DNA of 64,000 nt from Takakia lepidozioides (lineage: Eukaryota > Plantae > Bryophyta). The translations under genes and the position numbers were made by a program. The notes under the pieces are model-generated. The model did no database searches, had not been told where the DNA came from, and saw only the letters and a program-made list of their open reading frames with translations. Every line of letters starts with the position of its first letter. Positions within the stretch are counted from its first letter, which is position 1. Shown here piece after piece: positions 24,291-36,669 of the stretch. The stretch covers positions 60,016,001 through 60,080,000 of the forward strand of contig CM060731.1 in assembly GCA_030704615.1 (NCBI GenBank), read 5' to 3'.

Positions 24291-27200
24291 ATGTCCGATT
24301 TAGACGAGCACTTGCAGTGTGCTTTCGATTCCCTTGCTAGAGGTGCACGGGATATTGTGCTGGCGTTACAGGGACTCCATGACACCATTCAGCAGACTGC
24401 TGACGACGCCATTGCTCAGCAGATTGACCCACTGCAACAAAAAGAGCATGGACAGACTGTCAACACTATCCCAACCACTGTTCAGGAGAGTGGGCGCACT
24501 ACAGACCACACCGAGGACGAGGAGACTCATGAGCAGATCGGCGAGCAGACTGAAGGACTGCCTCTGCACCAGACCATGCAACATACCGATGACGTCGCTG
24601 TCAAGCAGACCGGGCTACAGACGGATGACCTGGCTATGCACCAGCAGACTGTGCAGCATAGCATTGAGCAGACCGTCCAGCAGACTGAAAGCAGTCACCA
24701 CAATAATAGTGCCCTACAGACTGTCCAGCAGATTCACGACCACACTGACTCGGAGGACCCAACTACACTTCATGTCCACCAGTCCGGATCCTGGCTCGTT
24801 GAACAGAGTCGGCTGCACTGGCCTCAACGGGACCCTGTCTCTGAATTTGTGCGGTGTTCTATCAGTGCATTGACGGAGTCTTCTTTTCCCGCCGGGCCAT
24901 CTTCACATATTGCCGCATCGTTTGAGGATATAAGCCGGGCACCGGTAAACCATTCTTCTCCAGTGACCCATGGCCTGCCAACTATTTCCATTGAGCTCAG
25001 CCCGGTTTTGGTTCGTTCGCTTGCGAAAGCTATAGATAATTCTTACGTGATTGATCGCAATATGGGAACTCAACCCCGTATCATTGACCTTACTGAAGAA
25101 CTAGACGATGTAGTTGCCGCGGATAATTTAGATGTCGGCGGTAGTCAAGCTTTTTCTGCATCAGACCCTGAAGACACAATTGACTTGCAAGTTGATAGAT
25201 TGGTCTCCTCCCTGCAAGAGCAGACCGACCATGAGAGTGACCACCAGGCTGAACAACACACTGAATAGAGCAAAAAGCAGACTGAGCACTAGACTGACCA
25301 GACTAAGGACAGTGAGCAGCAGATTGATGTTGAACATGGTCCTCTGAAGGAGGGTCAACATGCTGTTTGCCCCGCCCACGAGAATGTCCACCAGACTCGA
25401 CAGCAGACTAACCAGAGTGGCGAGCAGACTGGGCACCAGACTGAGGACACTGAGCAGCAGACCGATGCCAAATATGGACAGACTAAGGGCCAACATGCCG
25501 TTCCCCCGCACACGAGAGTGTCCACCAGACTCGACAACAGACTGACCATAGCGGCGAGCAGACTGAGCACCAGGCTAACCGCTCCGAGCAGCACAGACAG
25601 ACTGACGTTCAAGGAGGGGAGCAGTCTGCCCAGTCGCTTCCTTCCAATGACGCCGTACAGGTTGTGCCCTGCCGTCTTCCACCTCTGTGATTTCAGATTT
25701 ATGTTCAATTTCTGTGTATTGACAGGATCTGTTGTACCTACAGGACTTGAGGACACCGTTTCCCTCCCAGGCAATTCCACAACCCGCCAATGTTGCTCAC
25801 GTTGGCTCCACAACCAGAAAATGTGGCTTACTTACAACGCCAACAGATGCACGGATTAGTTCAACGCATGCGACCCGTGAGGCTGCCAATACAGGTCCTG
25901 CAAGTATGAACAAGCCTGCAGACACAGTCGTGTTGCGAAGCAGCACCGCATCACTTCGTCAGTCTGCTGAATCGAACCCGGCCACAGTAGTCGCCGAATC
26001 CCTGGGCACAAGTAGAGCGAAGAAGCGGACTATCGTGGAGCAGACTCAGGAAATTTGGGAGGGTCCTGTTGCCAAGAAACCTGCGAAGAAAGGCAAGTCC
26101 GCTGTCTTCATGAACAAGGACCGCAAAATGGCATTGGATACGGACAAGGAAGTGGTTCTTCAGCGAGAAATGCACCAGTGAGTAGTCCTCCCAGTCTGCT
26201 GAGTCTAGTCACTCCAGTTTGCTCAGAAGTGTGAGTCTGCTCAGTCCGCTCGGTATGGGCAGTCTGTTGAATGGAGTCAGTCCGCTCAAACCATTGCGTA
26301 CATGGGTTTTCACACAAGGCCGTGTGCAGGTTGGGTTCTCATTTTGCCGCGGCCTTGCGACGGAATGTCGCAGCCGGCAATTGCATGGTTCACTTTTATG
26401 AAGGCAACCCCCGGTATGAGTGCTCCATCGGGCCTCCGGACTTGAAGCCACTTGAGACGGTGGAGTCGGAGTGCACAGATAGAATGCTGGAGCTGTGGTG
26501 TCGTTTCTATGAGAAGACGGTTGAGGACAAGTACTCAAGTACTGTTGCTCTTCTGCCAGCCTCAACGTGGTCTCGTATGATGACACATTGGGACGGGCCA
26601 CGGGAAAGGCTAGTGGAGTATCTGCATTCTTGCTGGAGCGTCCCTCGGCTCGGCAAAGACATAAAAGACTGTCATCATATAATCGTTCCGATTGTGGAGG
26701 AATAAGATCTCGCATACCCAGTCTGTTCTGTCGGGCCAGTCTTTTGAATGACGTCTGCTCAGTCTGCCCACTCTGCCCTGAGTCTACTCAATCTGCCGAG
26801 TTTGCTGAGTCTGCTCATTATGCCGAGTCTGCTAAGTGATGAGTCTTCTGAGTCTGCTGAGTGGTGACTCTGCCGAGTCGGCTGAGTGTAGTGGGACCAG
26901 GACCCATACAGTGTGCGAGTCTGTAGAGTCTGCTAGAGAGGCAATTGGAGTGGTCTGCTGAGTGGACTGCTGCCGTAAGACTCATGAGATTTGTCTTGCA
27001 GGGCGCACTGGAGTGTTGTTGTCATCGACGTGCGGAAAGGCTGCTACAGTCACATGAACTCCATCGAGTCTTTGCATGGTTGCCCATATGTTTTGTCATG
27101 GATATAGAAGCTGCATGCGGAGTGTTTAGGCTACAGTGTTGATTCACCGGGTTGGGAGGAGGTTAGGGCATTTCAGTTCAACCAGCCTGAAGTGCCCCAA

Positions 27201-27380
27201 CAGCCATTCAGCTGGGAATGCGGGTTTTACGTCATGTCCTTCATCCAAGTATATTATGAATGGCTACAAACTGGGCATACTCGAACCTCTTCTAAAAGGG
27301 CAGAGAGAGGAGTACCTTTCACGAAACACTGGTTTACGTTCAAGTTTGCACTTGGCCAACGGATGTAGTGTCTTAAGTAC
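24291..27380 (+). pseudogene. Ulp1-like (peptidase C48, SUMO protease-like) gene of element B with long Q/T/D-rich N-terminus
   Basis: HHIIVPIVEE|AHWSVVVID (H ~27006) and EVPQQPFSWECGFYV (C ~27219) give the His-Asp-Gln-Cys arrangement. In-frame TAG at 27105; the donor at 26702 reads ATAAG rather than GTAAG. Confidence 0.8.
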
Positions 27381-28059
27381 ATCTTGACTGGTTTGAGTGC
27401 TGCTGAGAAAGCAGTATCCTCATAGACATCCATCTGGGTCCGAGATTAGAGGTGCACCATAGGACACATTTGTCATGTAAGCATGCTTTCGAGCATTTGC
27501 AACGAAATAAAATATGACTTTGCATACACATCCTATTGGTCGCATATGAGTGCAATGTGGAGTAGTCGCTGTAGATTTGTGACCAATTCACTGCATGTTG
27601 TTAAGCGGACTTACCTCTGCACACACAATCATTTTGTTTAACATACCAAGGGAGTCCACTGGTCAGCAAACAGCCGAGAGTCAGCAGACTGCCAGAGTAC
27701 GGGAAGAGGGTATGCCTAGGCTTGTGAGCAGACAGATGACAATGTCACCCGACTGACGAGAGTCCGACAGACTGAGGAGTTGGGACCAGTCCGGCAGACT
27801 GGCAGATGCGATTGGGAACCATGAGTCTGCACTGGTGAGCAGACTGTCGAGAGTCACCGGAGTGGTATAGTACAGGCGGATGACATTGGTCAGTAGAGTA
27901 ATGAGAGTCCACCGTGCTGAGAATGGCCAGTCTGATGGGCATACCGCATGAGGCTTACTGGTTAGCCATGTCCAGACACGTTCAGAACCGGGAGACTGGT
28001 CTGCTCAGGAGAAGGCTGGCACAACAGACTGTTTGAAGATTGAGTCCCAGCCTGGTATA

Positions 28060-28225
28060 GCCAACTGGTTCAGATACCAGAAGAGTGGTTGAGCAGACTG
28101 GTTCAGACACCAGAAGAGTGGTTGAGCAGACTGGTTCAGACACGAGAAGAGTGGTTGAGCAGACTAGATCAGACGGTAGAAGACTGGTTGAGCAGACCGG
28201 TTCAGACGCCAGAAGACTAGTTTAC
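28060..28225. repeat. 33-bp minisatellite, about 5 copies, between the convergent Ulp1 and transposase genes
   Basis: GACTGGTTCAGACACCAGAAGAGTGGTTGAGCA repeated in tandem. Confidence 0.85.
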
Positions 28226-28332
28226 CAGGCTGGTTGGCAGGCAGGTTGGAAGTCTGGTGCACATGCAATTGTACCGCCGAAATTTTATTTCATGGGGAGA
28301 ATGATACTGTACCATTTCTTACATTTCCTACT

Positions 28333-31300
28333 CTATTTTAAAACTGGTATACGATCTGCGACTCTTCGGATTGTGGAGTATATGTGTGCTGCAGGTGTTG
28401 GGGCACCAACCCTCTTCCCTGTTTTGCGTAAGACCCTGGGTCGCGTTTTCCATGCCTCAACGAAATCCCGTTTTCTTTTCAGCGACATATTGTTGTTGTC
28501 ATTTACAGGACGAAAGCTCTTTGCTGCCGCAGGGTGCAGCATTCTTGCAGCACTATTGGCGAGAATATCAACAAGCTGCCCCCTACAGATACGAAGAGAA
28601 GACAACACATGTTTTTGCAGGTATTTGTCGTCCCCAACAATGCGAAGTATGTCTGCAAATTCTTCATCCATGGAGGATGGTACGAGGACAGGCTCCGCAT
28701 CATAAGGGAAGTCATCTGTGGAAGGGCCCTCTATTGCATTTCCCAAACCCTCTTCGTTGCTGACACTTGCATGAACCTTAAACACATTATGCAATCCTCC
28801 ATGAATGGTTCCCAACGCCGTGCCACAAGCGCGCACTATGAGTCCATCCTGCAAGTGTGGATGAAGCAACTTCAGGACTCGGACTTGATGCTTGCACAAA
28901 TTGCCCTTCATTGCCCATGGGCAAGTGCAAGAAGTCCATTCGCATCTGGGGTTGTAAACAATGTAAATTGTGTTCGGGTGATTGGTGCTTAGAACATAGG
29001 CTGGTTGCCCAGGATGGAACGGAAGAGTGACATTGCAAGCTGGGATATCGCGTGCCGCAAGCCAGAACTTGACATGTACTTCTCCTGTTTGTCATTCCTT
29101 ATGAATCCGTGCATTTTCAGGTGAATTGCATATCAGTAGTGTGCTAGCACACGGCCTGTGAGTTCCCATATGAGCCAATCCACTCTACGCCAAGTCATTT
29201 TGCCTTTCCCCATCCTCAGTCTTGCCTTCAAGTTTCCATGGTATGCCTCAATGCTAGCATTGGTGTCTTGACTGGCATACGGAACATGGCGAGCTGCTGT
29301 ACACCACATTGCTATTTTAGGACGCCATTCCTTATCGATGTAGTCCAAAAATTCATGCCCATTTGGATATTTCTTTCTCATGCGTCGGAGCGTTGTTGCT
29401 ACCCATGCAAGACCTTCTTTGGGATTGATTGGTCCACCTCTACAGTACATGAGGTCTCCCATATCTCTTAGCAAGTTTGCGGCAGTGATAGGATCTTTGG
29501 TTTTCGCGCATGATTGCTTCACCCAAGCCCGCCGGACATGCCAAAGGCACAGGAAAATTAGCACTCCTCGAGAAACAGCCCTGCAAAGTACACATGCCCA
29601 CATGAGAGACTTCAAAGAGGACTTGGCCGGTGGATTTGGGCACTAACCCAGTAGACTGTCTAGTTGACTGATCTGCCCGTCTGTTCCAAATGGATTCAAG
29701 CAGCAGACTCGCCCACTCTGACCTGCCATGAGTGTTGCCCTCACGACACCGCCAACAGACCTGACCATGCTGACCTCGCAGCGGACTTACGTAAGTGAGT
29801 CTTGCAACGGACTTGGCCAGAGGGCATCCCGACCGGACTGGGTTGCCAGCAGACTTCCGAACAGTCCCCTTCGGCGGACTCACCTGCTAGCGGACCAGAG
29901 TGAGAACGTAGCAGACTGACGCACGTGAGTCTTGCAGCGGACTGCTTGCGAACGGTCCCCTCCGGTGGACCTGCCTGCCAGCGGACTTGCTGGACCAGAT
30001 TGAGGTCACAACAGACTGGCGCACGTGAGTCTTGCAGTGGACTGCTTGCGAACAGTCCCATCCGGCGGACTCGCATGCGAGCGGATTTGCTCGACCAGAC
30101 TGAGGTCACAGCAGACTGGCGCACGTGAGTCTTGCAGCGGACTGCTTGCGAACAGTCCCCTCTGGCGGACCTGCCTGCCAGCGGACTTGCCCTTAGGAGA
30201 CCGGCAGTAGATTTACCCAGACGTTGCTGGCAGCACACCCGAGCAGACTGACCTTGCAGCGTACTTGCGCAAGTGAGTCTTCCAGCAGACTTTGCTAGAG
30301 GACATTATCAGCGGACTGGTTTGCCAGCAGATTTGCAGAAATGAATGGGCCGGACTTGCAGCCAGGACTGCGTTGTAAGGCAGAGGACTTGCCGAAGAGA
30401 CAGACAATGGACGTAGACGACGGACTTGCACGCGAGTGTACAGGAGGGTACGTGAAACTTACGTAATGGCGTTTATTTCGGCGTCGGCATCGTCCACAAT
30501 GAAGGCATTGGGTCGCCAGTCCGGCATTTCTGCGAGGAGAGAGTCCCGCAAGGCTGCCATCCACGGCACCAGGTCTGTTGTTCGTTCACGCGCGCATATG
30601 ATGTACGCAACTGGTATACCGTTAAGCCACTCGTCGAAGACCATCAACGTGTACAATGGGAACTGTTCAAATGCAGAATGTCAGATGTTGTCAATGTGCG
30701 TACATCCACTACTTCTGCAAGTGGATAAATTGTGAAAGGGATGAAGAGTACATTGTGGTGATTTGTCCCGAAGGTTGCATCGCATGCAACGATACGGGCA
30801 TGGCCTAATTGAAGCATTCGCTTCTTCTGCCACTCAGTTTGTATGCCGATTGTGAATGTTAAGTCGCCATCGTAGTGCTTGAATGTTGGCGCCAATTTTT
30901 CCTCTTGATAGAAGAAGACCGATTTCGGGTTCTGGTCTTTCCATATGCGGACACTCTCCGCATCGTTGGCATGTTTTTTGAACGCCTCCAAGTCAAATTT
31001 GTCCAATCTGTTCATGTTCTCCACCAGGAACAGTTCCAAGAGTGTACCTAGAAAATCCTTGAAAAACCCAATGAGCATGAAAAGTTTTGGAAGCGTTCTC
31101 CGCAACATCATGTTTTCATGATCATATGATGTTTCAAGTATTTTTGTGGCACATTTGCGGAACTGTTACAGGTGGAGAACATAAATAGATTGGGAAAATA
31201 AGAACTGGACAAGCACCTCATTACCAAACAAGACACATTACAAAAGACCCCATCATGTCGAATTTCCGAATGCTGAACCATCCCGCTCGTTCATTGTAGC

Positions 31301-32503
31301 ACCCTCCCTTATGAAGCTATTTTTGTAACAATACGACTAGTACTGGGGAAACATTCTCGCCGAGCTGGATAAGCCAATTCCAGAAGCTCCCGACCGTATT
31401 CAGCTTCTTGAGGGATTCTGGCCGAAAACAAATTGGTCCAAGAATCATCACAGAGATGGAATCCATCCACATATATTGCCAGATGTGGAAGAAGAGGATG
31501 AAATCCTAGAACCTTACTGTGGCCCGAGGTGTGAGCGACCAAGAATATCCCTGTTTGCCATGTCCGTTTCTCGGCCAGGTTGCGCACATCCTGCTCTAGC
31601 AAAAAATCGTCCCGTGTCCATGAATCCCCCAACCCGGTGTTATTCATGACGTGCTCTTTATGTTCCATCATGATTTGGGCGACTGACAGGCCTCGACACA
31701 GACACTCTATGACCCATGCTTTCAATTCCTCGCTAATGTGTGGTGCGTAGGCGTGGCGAGTGTTCCTGAACTCAACGGACTTCCCATGACATGCGTTCCC
31801 TTTCGCGTCTGTATGCTCCATATTGTTGTAGTACGTGAGGACACAAATGTCGGGGGCGAGATAGCATTGCTGGACCTTGAAACAGCACTGGCAACCACGC
31901 TTGTAAGACTCTCCATATTCTGACTTCTTTCTCCTTGGCCTTTATGAGGGTGAGATGTTCCAGCACCCAGAAGAGGTCCTCCACGTTTCAGTTTGGGATC
32001 CTCCACTATCGCATTGTTGGTGTGCTTGTCATCTGGACCATAACAGCATTGATACCTGGACATAAAAATCACAATGGATATCCATCGACTTCTGGAAGCA
32101 TGAAATCACAGAACGTGGGTACGAAAAATGGCAACAGACATGCAATCAGACTACAAAATGACGATGAGGATGGAGCACACATGATACTGTTCAGAGAACT
32201 GCTGGCTCTTGGCTCTTTTAGCATCCCGGGTTGCACTTTAGTATGGACATTCACCCAAAACTGAGTGGGGTAGTCCACCAAACTCTCCTCTCCAAGGAGA
32301 AAGTCATCAACTCTATCCCACGGTATGCAGGCCTTCAGAACATTATGTCTGGCACCCATATAACCATATTGCGTGTCTCTCTTCCATTGGAGGTCCTTCC
32401 TGTTGAAGGGTCCTGGTTTGGGTGTTTGCAAACTTTGTCGAAGAGGCCGTATAATCCAGCATTCCGTTTTTAGTATATCATCACCTTATGCTTCCACGTC
32501 CAT
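28333..32503 (-). pseudogene. MULE-type SWIM zinc-finger transposase (copy B), lightly disrupted
   Basis: IPWDRVDDFLLGE..YPTQFW, RYQCCYGPDD, EHTDAKGNACHG, ACDATFGTNH, YTLMVFDEWLNGIPVAYII, AFIVDDADAEINAI, LCLWHVRRAW, TNASIEAYHGNLK, SWIM CTCPWAMKGNLCKH. GT-AG introns; TGA at ~29133; insertion at ~30988-31556. Confidence 0.92.
30988..31556. mobile_element. Insertion in transposase B: ~220-bp fold-back plus a foreign coding fragment
   Basis: Absent at the homologous site of copy A (~9160). 30988-31037 is an imperfect inverted repeat of 31159-31208. The + strand then reads YWGNILAELDKPIPEAPDRIQLLEGFWPKTNW. Confidence 0.65.
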
Positions 32504-32787
32504 GCCCTGTACAGTACAGAGGCCACGCTTCAGAACATGCAAGAAATGCGCTGCAGTACACTGGACACGATGGACAACATGCAAGGAGCATCAGTGCGCA
32601 CGTTCGTGGCTGCTGGCAAGTGGCAGGCGGCAGGGATAAGGTTTCAATTCATGCCCTAAAAATGGAGGGCTCAGATGGCATTTGCGAACGGACGGTCTAG
32701 ATGCGGCATCATCAGTGGACTGGAGGAAAGCGGACTCATGGGCGGCGGACTGGCGGGCACACTGTTGGGTGGACTGGCCGGGACTGG

Positions 32788-33140
32788 CATGGATGGCGTG
32801 GATGGGTTTCTCAGAATGGATGATCCAGATCCTTCGGCCGGCGCGGACTGGCAGACTGGGGGCAGCAGACGGGCACAACGGACTGTTGGGTGGACTTGCG
32901 GGGATTGGCACAGCGGATTGGCGTGCACAGCAGATTGGCCGGCAGACTGAGGGGAACTGGACTCACGGGCAGCGGACCGGCGGGCGGACTGGGAGCGCGG
33001 GCGGGGCCGCCGCGGGCGCGGTTGGTGGGGCCGCGGCAGCAGGTGGGCGACCGCGTGGGGGAGCCGGGCGTCCGTGCGCGGGGCCCACCGGTCAGCTCGC
33101 ACGTGCACCATATCGTCCCAATTATTGTAAAATGAGAGGC
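32788..33140 (-). repeat. Right TIR of element B
   Basis: Inverted homologue of 11309-11658, followed by TSD TTACCTATC. Confidence 0.92.
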
Positions 33141-36100
33141 TTACCTATCCAATGAGCCTAATAATGCCCAAATCAGGCTTAACCCCATTGATAACCATAC
33201 ACTTTTCTAAATCTAACCGACCCACTTCGTCCTTTAGAGGTTAAATTTTATTAAGTTTATTCCGGGGAGAAAAATTAAAACCCCTGCCTTTTGACTCTCC
33301 CTATGGGGTGTTTGGGAGAACATTTGAACTTATACCTACGAAGGCCATATAATTTGAAACAGAATCTTTGTCGATTACACAAATACTCTGTTGGAATTTC
33401 ATGGATGAATGTTGGACGATATAAAGTGAGAGACCGCTGATGATAGTTTGGATGAACATTGGAACCCCAGGAGGAGGCATTAAGTGCCAGCCGACCAGAC
33501 ATGTATGCCGGCGCGGACCGCGCATATAGAAAATACAGTATACTCGCAAGCCGACAAGCGCACTGCTACACGTATTGAAGACTGTCCGTAGAATGCGCTC
33601 TACCAACTAGCCGCCACTTGTTTTTTATTCCCTTCTTGTCTACTATTGTACTTCACGTGCCTGCCTGGCCACCCCGGGTTCAAATTCTCATACTGCCGTT
33701 GTTGCTGGGACTGGGGTGGCAAATGGAAAATGACAAACAATAGAAATATAGAAGTGCTTATGGACTCGGGAGCTTATCGAGGATTCGATATGCCGCGCGG
33801 CGGCTCGGGATCCAAGGGCGGTGCAGTGGGGCATGCCAAGTTTTCAACGTGCCGCATGCATGCGGCATGACGGGTAGGCAGCCGTTACGGACTTGATAGC
33901 GTTCAAGAGGAGAACCCGCACAACACTGGTTGATAGTCCATACTTTAGTGCAGACCTAGGGCCAGAGAAAAAGGCCAACATGAACCATAGAACAGAGGGC
34001 AGGAGGGTAGCATAGAAGTAGTAGAAGGGTGGGCCCTCCTTCTAGTTCTGGAGCTTTTCACAAGTAGGATGAGGCGGTGGCCCTCCTTCTACAAGGCCCC
34101 ACCAACGCTGGAGATAGTATATAAAGAGGGTGAGGGTTACCTTCTACAAGTTCCTTCTGCCTCCACCTTAATTTGGAATGTAAACTTGGAACCTGAACCA
34201 TCATCAAATGAATGGAAATGTCAAAATATCGTAGAGTCCTTCAACGTCCGGCGTTTATTAATTCAAATTTTGTTTATCTGAAATATTCAGAAAAGTAATG
34301 ACCTCGATGTCGAAGCGATAAAGAATTTCGTGTTAGGGTTATCCTCTAAAGGATATACCCTGATTACCTCCCTAGAGGTAATTGAAATGTATGTGACCAA
34401 CTTGTTCAAAAATTGTAAAAATTTAAATTTAGGTGCCGGTCCTACTTTCTCTGAAATAATTAAATATTCAGCAGCAATGCGCCGGACATCAAAGGACTCT
34501 ACGGTAAGGGGCCGCCTTGATGTCTAGTCCTTGATATGGGAATTGGTGGGATGTCTTATTTATAAGGAGATGGTGGAGAGAGAGAGAAGACTCCAACCAT
34601 AGCGGGCGTAACTAAGAGCCACTTCGCCTTACGTAGATGGTGGAATGCTTTTCACACCCTTTAAAAAAAAAATCACTTTGCCGAACGTGAAACAGGTAAT
34701 TATAAAGAAAAGCAAAAAAACTACAAGACTTGTCTTTGCCAAGTGTGATTCCTTGCAGCCTTGGACCCATGTGCCTCCCTTGAAGCTTGAAAATTAAAGC
34801 TTAAAAAAGGATTGGCTTGGCATCTTTTCTGATGCCGTGCAATGTCCTGTAGGGTCTGGGGCTCAATTTTCTGCGCTGGGCCATACTCTCTAATATTCCC
34901 CCTCCAGGGCCTGTAGGGCAGAGGTTTCTTCAAAATAAAATGCTGCTCGCTTACCTGAACTTGGGGGCCCTTTGACCGTCCAAAGTGTTAGGACCAGTCT
35001 CAAACTTTTTGCAGGCAGCAACTACATAGCTATCACGCCGCCTCAATGTGAGGTTGCTTTTTGTCAAAAAATATTAAAGTGTTTTGTTTTTTAGAATACA
35101 CTAGAGTGACCCCTGCCGTTGGCCCAAGTGTCTCCCAAGTGCGACCTCTAGGGTAGCCTGTGCAATTGGCCCATGTGTGAAGAATTAAAAAAAAAACACT
35201 TGATTTTGTACCTCGCTTCATATATTGAGACCAAAAATTATGAGACCAAGTCGGTTCACCCTCCTCATCTAGGGCTTTCCATCCATACCAAGCACCAGCG
35301 CTTGTGGGCAAGCCGTTTGCGAGATCTCAACGCTACAAAACAAAACAAACATACAAACAAAAACTCGGTACCTCACCTACCCCAATACTCAGCCTGTTCA
35401 TAAGCGGGCATTTTGTGGAAAGGATTATGTAATGTCATAAAGCTCAGTCCACGTATAAAAATCAGATGTCAAAACAGTAGTCTTAATTAAATTGAAAAAA
35501 GAACATGGTGGCTGACCTTTAAAAAAAAAAAACATGGAGGCTGGTGCTCATTTTTGCTCTGTATCTAAGTTAGAGGCCCTTTATTTTCATGGAATGTGCT
35601 TGGGAATGTACGAATGTCCTCAAGAGCCTCCTTTGGAAAGACGTCGGAAAAGTCCAATGGGATGTCAGCATCCACCCGTCACCATATGCACTCAAAATAT
35701 TGTCACTATGTTCATCCACAAATTGTTGACTTTAGTAGGGGGCAAAAAACAAAAAAGTTTTTGGGCCCTCCCTTTTGCCAAAAAACAATTAGAAAAGGGG
35801 AGAGGGCTCTGCGGAAGAGCTTTTGTTCCTATCATTTCTTACATATCCTCAAATGGCCCGGCTTCTGTAACAAGAAACCCTTTATATCCATGACCGGCAA
35901 CCAAAAAATGAGCATAGATTATGCATATACGCCAGACAACAAAAATCTTAAAATCCTCACAAGCCCGGCCCGACAGGCTTCTAATGGGTTTTCATATTGA
36001 CAAGTCCGGGCCCTAGGTCATGTTCTTAGTGACATTGATACCCGCCCAACACTGGTGGCTACCGGGTGTTTCCCAAAAAATACTGCAGCCACAATTACAT

Positions 36101-36669
36101 GTATATAGATATATAGATACTATATATGAAAATACTATTAAAAATACTATTAAAATGGAGGTACAGTAAGTGGCCCGTTCGTGAATGGTCGTAATAAGTA
36201 AACAGTAATAATAAATAAGTTCAAATTGTATTCCGGCAGCAAATGATGAAAAAAGGACAGGCCGGCAAGGTGGCGTTTATCGCCACGTGGTGCTAGACTC
36301 CTCGAGCAAGTGGCAGAGAATGATTGGAGAGGTCTGTACCGGTTTTGCAGCGAGGCCTTCCTGAGGGCCGTTGCTTGCGCCACGTCGGACCCTCGATTGC
36401 AACGCTTCCCTGCCCTCTCTCCTCTGCGCCAAAAACTCTGCCAGAGATTATTGATTGTGGCACCTGCGGAAGAAGCCGTGTGCTGCCAGAGATTTCCGAA
36501 TTGAGAGATTGCGAGAGAGACAGAGAGATTGAGTGAGAGAGAGTCGGGAAATTGTTTGAAATACGGGGATGGATTTAGTGTTTGGATGATTGCTATATGC
36601 GGGGGAGAATTTGCAGTTATTGAAAGGTCGAGGCCCCGAGGGAGTGAGTGAGAGGCAGGGGAGAGAGAG

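Larger units (their letters stand above)
11309..33140. mobile_element. Complete 21,832-bp Mutator-like element B
   Basis: Inverted termini GCCTCTCATTTTACAATAATTGGG; TIR homology over ~350 bp; exact 9-bp TSD TTACCTATC at 11300-11308 and 33141-33149; internal MULE transposase. Confidence 0.95.

Noticed and set aside
33676-33690. B-box-like GGTTCAAATTC suggesting a tRNA or SINE
   Set aside because: No cloverleaf or convincing A-box and no poly(A)/TSD visible.
34780-36060. Possible MITE or DNA-transposon remnants upstream of PFK
   Set aside because: TE-like composition, but no TIR pair or TSD could be identified by eye.
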